Both the position numbers and the translations under genes were made by a program. Below the pieces are notes generated by a model. It saw only the letters and a list, made by a program, of their open reading frames with translations, ran no database searches and was not told where the DNA came from. A DNA stretch of 64,000 bases from NCBI GenBank assembly GCA_964534185.1, contig CAZHOH010000005.1, positions 7,777 to 71,776 on the forward strand, read 5' to 3'. Positions 58,237 through 64,000 of the stretch are shown here, one piece after another; within the stretch, counting starts at the first letter, position 1, and every line of letters starts with the position of its first letter. Source of the stretch: Candidatus Woesearchaeota archaeon. GTDB lineage: Archaea > Nanobdellota > Nanobdellia > Pacearchaeales > GW2011-AR1.

Positions 58237-58903
58237 TCAACACACTTCCATGTGTTACTCCATTTATTTTTTCATAAAACTCCGACTGCAAACCAATTGG
58301 AACATTAACAATAACTTTTAAGTCTCCATTATTCATCCATTCTTCAGACTCTTTGTAAGTATTCAAAACACCATAAGCCTGTCCTGTATATTGTGCAGGA
58401 ACTGTCATAGCAAGTCTTTTAGTTTCAATCTTAATAGGAAGAATAGGGCGAAGTTTATCCAAAATATCATTAATCTGGGATTCAATAGGTTTATTCGTAA
58501 TATTAACTCCTGCTTCTTTTAGCGCCCTCTCAACTCTTTCACCAGTATAGGGTCTGTCTGTCTGCGGGTCAACAGCATTCCTCACAAGAAAATCAATAAC
58601 CTGCTTAACCTTACCCTCTCTTTCCTTCTCCTTATACTCAACAGGAACCTGAACATCTCCATTAACAATAATTCTTTCTGCAACCTTATTAACCTCATCT
58701 GTTCCAAAAGCTCCCTGAATATCTGCCTCAGAAGCATGCATACCCTTTTTTGAGTCTGTAAAAATAGTATCTATCGCAAGAACCTCAGAAATACTTCCTT
58801 GCTTTGTCTTCCTAAATTCCAAAGCCTTATCAACATCAACTAGAATCTCAAAATTTTTCCCATCAATCTTCATTCTCGCAATAACATTTCCCATCTTATA
58901 CAT
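58217..58903 (-). CDS. sdo1: SBDS/Sdo1 ribosome maturation protein
   Basis: ARMKIDGKNFEILVDVDKALEFRK...ISEVLAIDTIFTDSKKG. Confidence 0.85.
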   Translation of the reverse strand: MYKMGNVIARMKIDGKNFEILVDVDKALEFRKTKQGSISEVLAIDTIFTDSKKGMHASEADIQGAFGTDEVNKVAERIIVNGDVQVPVEYKEKEREGKVKQVIDFLVRNAVDPQTDRPYTGERVERALKEAGVNITNKPIESQINDILDKLRPILPIKIETKRLAMTVPAQYTGQAYGVLNTYKESEEWMNNGDLKVIVNVPIGLQSEFYEKINGVTHGSVLSEEIKE

Positions 58904-59687
58904 ATTTTTTCAAGGAAGATTCATCAAGCCGAACCATATTCTTAGTATCTTTCTTAACATAAGCAGCATCAAATCTGCTCAACTCAAAATTTTTACCAAG
59001 GATTTCCTTAAAGATGCCCAAAGCTAATTTAAGTCCTCCTTCTACATTTAATTTCTCATCATATTTTGTCCTCAAGATTTCCTTAATTTTCTCGTCGTTT
59101 TCTCCAATAGCCATTGCATTGTATTCAAAATAATTTCCAGTAATATCTGAAGAAAATAATTTGCCTCCTGAATTATCAACACCTGCAATCATAATCGAAA
59201 CACCATACGGCCTAGCACCGCCGTACTGAGTATATAATTGCTTTGCATTTGCAATCTCTCTTATAACTTCTTCAACATTAACTTCAGAATCATAAGTAAC
59301 ACGATTTTGCTGTGCAAGTATCCTAACCCTATCAACCAAAACTCTTGCATCACTCAAAATTCCAGCAGCACTTCCAATTACATGAGAATCAACCTCATAA
59401 ATTTTATTTGCAGAACTTGGTTTTACTAATTTATCATTAACTCTTCTGTCAGAAACCAAAACAACTCCATCTTTACACACAATCCCGATGCTTGAACTTC
59501 CTAAACGGACAGTCTTTTCTGCATATTCAACCTGAAGCAGATGCCCATCTGGCGAAAACATAGTCGCGGCTCTGTCATAACCCATTGCTTGATGCTGAAT
59601 TTCACTCGGCATTTCCATTTTATTAATACGAGAAGTTAGTATAATATGAATTCTTCTCTCATTTTCTCCGATTTTTAGAAGCGCCAA
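58896..59687 (-). CDS. psmA: Proteasome subunit alpha
   Basis: GYDRAATMFSPDGHLLQVEYA. The probable true start is at MEMPSEIQ (about 59618). Confidence 0.9.
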   Translation of the reverse strand: MALLKIGENERRIHIILTSRINKMEMPSEIQHQAMGYDRAATMFSPDGHLLQVEYAEKTVRLGSSSIGIVCKDGVVLVSDRRVNDKLVKPSSANKIYEVDSHVIGSAAGILSDARVLVDRVRILAQQNRVTYDSEVNVEEVIREIANAKQLYTQYGGARPYGVSIMIAGVDNSGGKLFSSDITGNYFEYNAMAIGENDEKIKEILRTKYDEKLNVEGGLKLALGIFKEILGKNFELSRFDAAYVKKDTKNMVRLDESSLKKYV

Positions 59688-59730
59688 CCATTTATAAGCT
59701 TTTTGTTAAACAATTATAACTAACAAAGAA

Positions 59731-60384
59731 TTAATAATATTCAATATCCGCATCCATCTTCAGTTCTTCAATTAAAGCCCCGACAGCCTGCTGTTGTTTC
59801 TGCTGCTGAAGTATCATAATTATCTGTGTCTCAGATTCTGAATAAGACGGAATTTCTTCTTCAGGATACTGCGCCTTATACTGTTCATAAAAATCCTTTG
59901 CCTCTTCTTTTGTCACACTATACTTATCCTCTCCAACCTCTTCAGCAAGATACTCTTGAATAACCAATTGCTCTTTAAGCTCTCCTAATTGTTCTTCATA
60001 AACAACACCCTGAGTTTCAAGATTCTGTTTATATTCTTCTAAACTAGAATTCCTTTGCAAAAGCTGAGACTCTAACATTTCTTCAGCTTCTACATCACTT
60101 AAGTCATAACCACTGCTCCCAGCCTCCTGAACCAGTATTTCCCTAGCTATAATCTGCTCAAGAGCATTTTCTTCAGAAACCTGCTGCCCTTGCTGAACAG
60201 ACAAATCCTGCATTGCAGCAACTTCGCTGGCAGTAATTTCCTCTCCATTAACACTTGCAACAACATTATCTCCAAAACCTTGTCCAAATAAAAAATAACC
60301 CCCAGCACCCAAAACCAACAACACAACAATTCCTACTATAATCTGTTTCTGCTGTTTTGAATCAACCTTTTTTGACTTAACCAT
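59731..60384 (-). CDS. Membrane-anchored SurA-N-like chaperone domain protein (no PPIase domain seen)
   Basis: TM IIVGIVVLLVLGAGGYFLF, then VASVNGEEITASEVAAMQ, typical of SurA/PrsA N-domains. Confidence 0.4.
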   Translation of the reverse strand: MVKSKKVDSKQQKQIIVGIVVLLVLGAGGYFLFGQGFGDNVVASVNGEEITASEVAAMQDLSVQQGQQVSEENALEQIIAREILVQEAGSSGYDLSDVEAEEMLESQLLQRNSSLEEYKQNLETQGVVYEEQLGELKEQLVIQEYLAEEVGEDKYSVTKEEAKDFYEQYKAQYPEEEIPSYSESETQIIMILQQQKQQQAVGALIEELKMDADIEYY

Positions 60385-60482
60385 ACAAACCTCAAAATCC
60401 CACCACTTAAAAAAGTTCCGATTACTTCAAACCTTTTAGATTATCCAGAAAAATATAAAAACCCTTTTATCCAAATACTATA

Positions 60483-60683
60483 ATGAAAAAAGAGGGTAAA
60501 AGAGATTTCCATAAAATCATCGCAGTGCTTTTTATTATTGTCGGAGTTTTGCATTTGACTCGGGCTGTTATGGAATGGCCAATGATTATTGGAACTTATT
60601 CAGTCCCTCTTTGGATTTCTTACATCACAGGAGGTTTATTACTCATACTTTCTTATGTCTCATTTAAGATTTTACAGAATTAA
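60483..60683 (+). CDS. Small two-TM membrane protein
   Basis: 66 aa; two hydrophobic helices. Confidence 0.4.
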   Translation: MKKEGKRDFHKIIAVLFIIVGVLHLTRAVMEWPMIIGTYSVPLWISYITGGLLLILSYVSFKILQN

Positions 60684-60747
60684 AGATTTTGGCAGCAATT
60701 CTGATAATATACACAACACTTAAATAACGATAATTTTAAAGTTTCTT

Positions 60748-61737
60748 ATGGAAAAAGAAACAAAATATGGAGTAATCTCAGATATTCATGGAGATCCAAG
60801 AATCATAGTACCTGCTATGCAGATTTTATTAAAACAAGGAGCAGAAAAATTTCTTGTTAATGGAGATATTGGTGGGTGGCAAGGAGACTTAGAAAAAAGT
60901 CAAAATTACACAGCTTTCATAATTAATGAAATAGCAAAAGCCGACAAAGAAACATTTGTTCAACCCGGAAGTCACGAACCTTTAGCTGTATATGGTCCTG
61001 TCGCAGATCATTTTGCAGATAAATTCCCTCACCTTCATAATACAGTTAATGAAAGACAAGTAGAACAAGATGGACATTCTTTAGTTTTTGTTCCAGGCTC
61101 TGATTTTACTTGTGGTGGAGAATACCAGATAGGAAATAATGCAGACATTCCCTCAGGAAGTTATGTGAAAATTGATAGAAAATTACTTCCTTTTAGTGAT
61201 TGGGAGGAATATCAGTTAGCTATGCAACAAGGAGGACAATCAGCTTTCTATTATAGCAATATGCAGGATTTAAGAAAACTTGTGAAAAATCCAGAGAATA
61301 CAATTATTGTGTGTCACGTACCCAGAAAGTTTAGTGGACTTGAGACTTGTGTTGATATGGCTGAATTTGGAGAAGCAACAGAAGACTTTAATTTACAAGG
61401 AAATGAAATAAAAAAAGATTCTGTATTTCCCTTACAAACAGCTCAAAAAATTGCTACAGCAGGATACCCTGTTAAAATAAGAAAAGAAAATCGAGGAAAT
61501 GAGGATATGAAAACATTGTATGATGAATTAGGAATTAACAAAGCAGTTAGTGGACATTTCCACGAATCTAGTCACAGGGCAAATGATAGTTACGGCAATC
61601 ATGTTGAAGAGGGCAAACCTGTTAGAGAACTATTCTGGAACTCAGGACATTTAGATATGGGAAATACTGGAATACTTACAGTTAAGGGTTCAGAGGTTAG
61701 TTATCAAAATATCAGATTACAAAATTATCTAGATTGA
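60748..61737 (+). CDS. Calcineurin-like metallophosphoesterase
   Basis: GVISDIHGD, VNGDIGG and SGHFHES. Confidence 0.7.
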   Translation: MEKETKYGVISDIHGDPRIIVPAMQILLKQGAEKFLVNGDIGGWQGDLEKSQNYTAFIINEIAKADKETFVQPGSHEPLAVYGPVADHFADKFPHLHNTVNERQVEQDGHSLVFVPGSDFTCGGEYQIGNNADIPSGSYVKIDRKLLPFSDWEEYQLAMQQGGQSAFYYSNMQDLRKLVKNPENTIIVCHVPRKFSGLETCVDMAEFGEATEDFNLQGNEIKKDSVFPLQTAQKIATAGYPVKIRKENRGNEDMKTLYDELGINKAVSGHFHESSHRANDSYGNHVEEGKPVRELFWNSGHLDMGNTGILTVKGSEVSYQNIRLQNYLD

Positions 61738-61758
61738 TAAATAACCTAAGAGTTCAAG

Positions 61759-62019
61759 TTATTTCTTCAACCCCTTCAAAGTCCCGCTCGCCCTTTCCAC
61801 AGAAATGTTTTTTGAAATAGCAAAACTCGCCCGAACTTTATCAAGTTCTCTTCGATTAACAGCTAAAATTCGAGAATCAACCCAAACAGGATTCGCCTTA
61901 CTATAACCCAAAATCCCAATATACCGAAGAATAGCGTCTTCAACATCTTTTTTAGAAAACTGCCCTTTCAAAAGCAAATACCTTTTATTCTCCCGCATGC
62001 TCGGCTTCAAATTCTTCAT
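61759..62019 (-). CDS. rnp2: RNase P protein component 2 (Pop5), short form
   Basis: LKPSMRENKRYLLLKG...ILRYIGILGYSKANP...RASGTLKGLKK parallels the archaeal Pop5 LPPTLRxKKRYIAF...GVSGTIKRLK. Confidence 0.7.
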   Translation of the reverse strand: MKNLKPSMRENKRYLLLKGQFSKKDVEDAILRYIGILGYSKANPVWVDSRILAVNRRELDKVRASFAISKNISVERASGTLKGLKK

Positions 62020-62061
62020 AAATTCAAAAAGTCTTTTTACTAATTAAATGTTTTTATCAAT

Positions 62062-62493
62062 CTACTTATCTCTAAATATTATTTTAAGAAGATTGCTTAT
62101 CTCAGTGCCAAACATGCCTTTAGGAATGACTGTATTAGCTATAGATTTTTCTGTTTCTAATATTGCTTTTTCAATATCTTCTTGCGCATCAGGAATTTCC
62201 TCTTGCAATTTCTTTAGTAATCCAATATATTCTTGTTTTATCTTTATTTGGGCTTGCATTAAATTATGATAATTAAAAGCACATTCATACATTTCGTCAA
62301 GAGCTTGTCTAACTCTTTGAACATCCCCTAAACTTTCAGCCTTATCATGTTCGTCTTTAATTGCAGACATTCTATTTGCATATTTCAAAGCTTGACTTTG
62401 CGCTCCTGTAGATTTTTGGTATAATCTCTCACAATCTTCTAAATATCCCATAAATCTCCCTACTTTATTTAGTATATAAAACTTCCCAACCAA
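62062..62493 (-). CDS. Hypothetical helical protein
   Basis: 143 aa; coiled-coil-like; no motif. Confidence 0.4.
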   Translation of the reverse strand: MVGKFYILNKVGRFMGYLEDCERLYQKSTGAQSQALKYANRMSAIKDEHDKAESLGDVQRVRQALDEMYECAFNYHNLMQAQIKIKQEYIGLLKKLQEEIPDAQEDIEKAILETEKSIANTVIPKGMFGTEISNLLKIIFRDK

Positions 62494-62525
62494 ACAATTT
62501 TAAATTCCCAAAACTTAACAAAACC

Positions 62526-63944
62526 ATGCCAACCCCAAAAGAAATCGCAAAGTACACTTACAAAGTTGAAAAGCAGGACTGCATGAAAGTCCCAGTTATA
62601 GTTTATGCTTCACCAGAACTAATGAAAAAAATTCAAGAAGACGACTGCATAAGACAAATGCAGAATGTAGCCTGCCTCCAAGGAGTTGAAAAAAACACAA
62701 TTGTCCTCCCAGACGCACACTTAGGATACGGATTCTGCATCGGTGGAGTCGCAGCATTTAACAAAGAAACAGGAATAATAAGTCCTGGCGGAGTCGGTTA
62801 CGACATAAACTGTTCAGTTCGCCTTGTAAAAACAAACATAGAAAAATTCGAATTAGAAAAAAATCAAAACCAAATTTCAAGAACACTTTTCAATAAAATC
62901 CCAACAGGCGTCGGAAAAGGAGGCAAAGTAAAAATCTCAGAAAAAGAAATGCAAGATATCCTGAAAAAAGGTGCACACTGGGCAGTTGAAAACGGCTATG
63001 GAAAAAACTCAGATTTAGAATTTACAGAAGAAACAGGAAAAATGTCAGACGCAGATTCCAAAGCAGTTTCACAAAAAGCAATTTCACGAGGAATAAATCA
63101 ATTAGGAAGCATCGGCGCAGGCAACCATTTTTTAGAACTTCAATATGTAGACGAAATCTTCGACAAAAAAACAGCAGAAATCTTCGGAATAAAAAAAGGA
63201 CAAATATGTTTTATGATTCACTGCGGTTCACGAGGACTCGGACACCAAGTTGCATCAGATTATATAAAACTAATGGAGCAGGAATACGGACACGAACACC
63301 TTCCAGACAGGCAGTTAATCTCAGCACCAATAAATTCAAAACTAGGAAAACAATATTACAAAGCAATGTGCTCAGCAGCAAACTTTGCATTCTGCAACAA
63401 ACAAGTGCTAACGCATTTCACTCGCGAAACCCTAAAAACATTTTTTCCAAATTTAGAATCAGAAGTTCTATATGATGTCTCACACAATATGGCAAAATTT
63501 GAAGAACACAAAATTAACAACAAAAACAAAATAGTCTGCGTTCATAGAAAAGGCGCAACCCGTTCCTTCGGCCCGGGTAAAAAAGAACTCCCCGCCCCCT
63601 ACCAAAAAACAGGACAGCCAATTCTAATTCCAGGAAGCATGGGAACCTCTTCATACGTCTTAGTCGGAACAAAAAAAGCAGAAGAGTTAAGTTTTGCTTC
63701 AACCCCCCACGGAGCAGGACGAACAATGTCAAGGCATCAAGCAATTAAAACTTTAGACACAAATAAAATTCAAGAACAATTAAAAGAATCAAAAATATCC
63801 GTCAGCGTCGGCAGCCCAAAATCATTTATAGAAGAAGCTCCACAGGCTTACAAAAATGTAGATGAAGTAGTAAAAGTCGCAGACACTTTAGGAATCGGAA
63901 AGCTTGTCGCAAAACTCAAACCAATAATTGTGATAAAAGGTTAA
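62526..63944 (+). CDS. rtcB: RNA-splicing ligase RtcB
   Basis: GGVGYDINCSVR, GAGNHFLELQ, HCGSRGLGHQV, IPGSMG and TPHGAGR. Confidence 0.92.
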   Translation: MPTPKEIAKYTYKVEKQDCMKVPVIVYASPELMKKIQEDDCIRQMQNVACLQGVEKNTIVLPDAHLGYGFCIGGVAAFNKETGIISPGGVGYDINCSVRLVKTNIEKFELEKNQNQISRTLFNKIPTGVGKGGKVKISEKEMQDILKKGAHWAVENGYGKNSDLEFTEETGKMSDADSKAVSQKAISRGINQLGSIGAGNHFLELQYVDEIFDKKTAEIFGIKKGQICFMIHCGSRGLGHQVASDYIKLMEQEYGHEHLPDRQLISAPINSKLGKQYYKAMCSAANFAFCNKQVLTHFTRETLKTFFPNLESEVLYDVSHNMAKFEEHKINNKNKIVCVHRKGATRSFGPGKKELPAPYQKTGQPILIPGSMGTSSYVLVGTKKAEELSFASTPHGAGRTMSRHQAIKTLDTNKIQEQLKESKISVSVGSPKSFIEEAPQAYKNVDEVVKVADTLGIGKLVAKLKPIIVIKG

Positions 63945-64000
63945 ACAACAACTTTATAAATTTCTCCTCACAACTATAAACATAAAATGAGGCGATATAT

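Overview
AT-rich (about one third GC by eye), very tightly packed archaeal chromosome segment. By inference it comes from a small-genome DPANN-type archaeon: archaeal replication, transcription and exosome genes, a fused primase, short divergent rRNAs, many pilin-like and giant Cys-rich surface proteins, and TATA boxes about 25-30 nt upstream of many ATGs, which suggests leaderless mRNAs. Contents in order: (1) a wHTH / pilin-like / giant surface protein operon (1-4672); (2) PCNA, primase, enolase, a RelE/ParE-like TA pair and uS2; (3) a 16S - tRNA-Ala(UGC) - 23S rRNA locus (15.7-21.2 kb) with no 5S; (4) an ABC exporter, SET-domain protein, U32 peptidase and TrhO, and a MiaB-family enzyme; (5) RNase P RNA, tRNA-Phe and a free-standing LAGLIDADG endonuclease; (6) MscS, Cdc48, signal peptidase, TFS and a proline iminopeptidase; (7) an intron-containing tRNA-Lys(CUU) with odd flanking repeats; (8) TopA, RadB, class II LysRS, an Hjc-like nuclease and an AmmeMemoRadiSam-like protein; (9) the conserved psmA-SBDS-rrp4-rrp41-rrp42-rpoK superoperon; (10) Pop5 and RtcB. 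Strongest finding: the 23S gene is interrupted at about E. coli U1931 by a 359-nt ORF-less intron that folds as a complete group I ribozyme (P1 with U.G, P10, P3-P9, R and S core elements, terminal G), not as a classical archaeal BHB intron. Other notable items: two small ORFs and separate TATA boxes inside the rRNA spacers; substitutions at near-universal peptidyl-transferase-centre positions of the 23S; a 135-nt highly structured tRNA-Lys intron that shares a 17-nt core with a perfect 3 x 27-nt tandem repeat next to a duplicated tRNA 3' fragment; a radical-SAM-like protein that has lost all three cluster cysteines; and a divergent U32/TrhO pair. I saw no CRISPR array, transposase or integrase.
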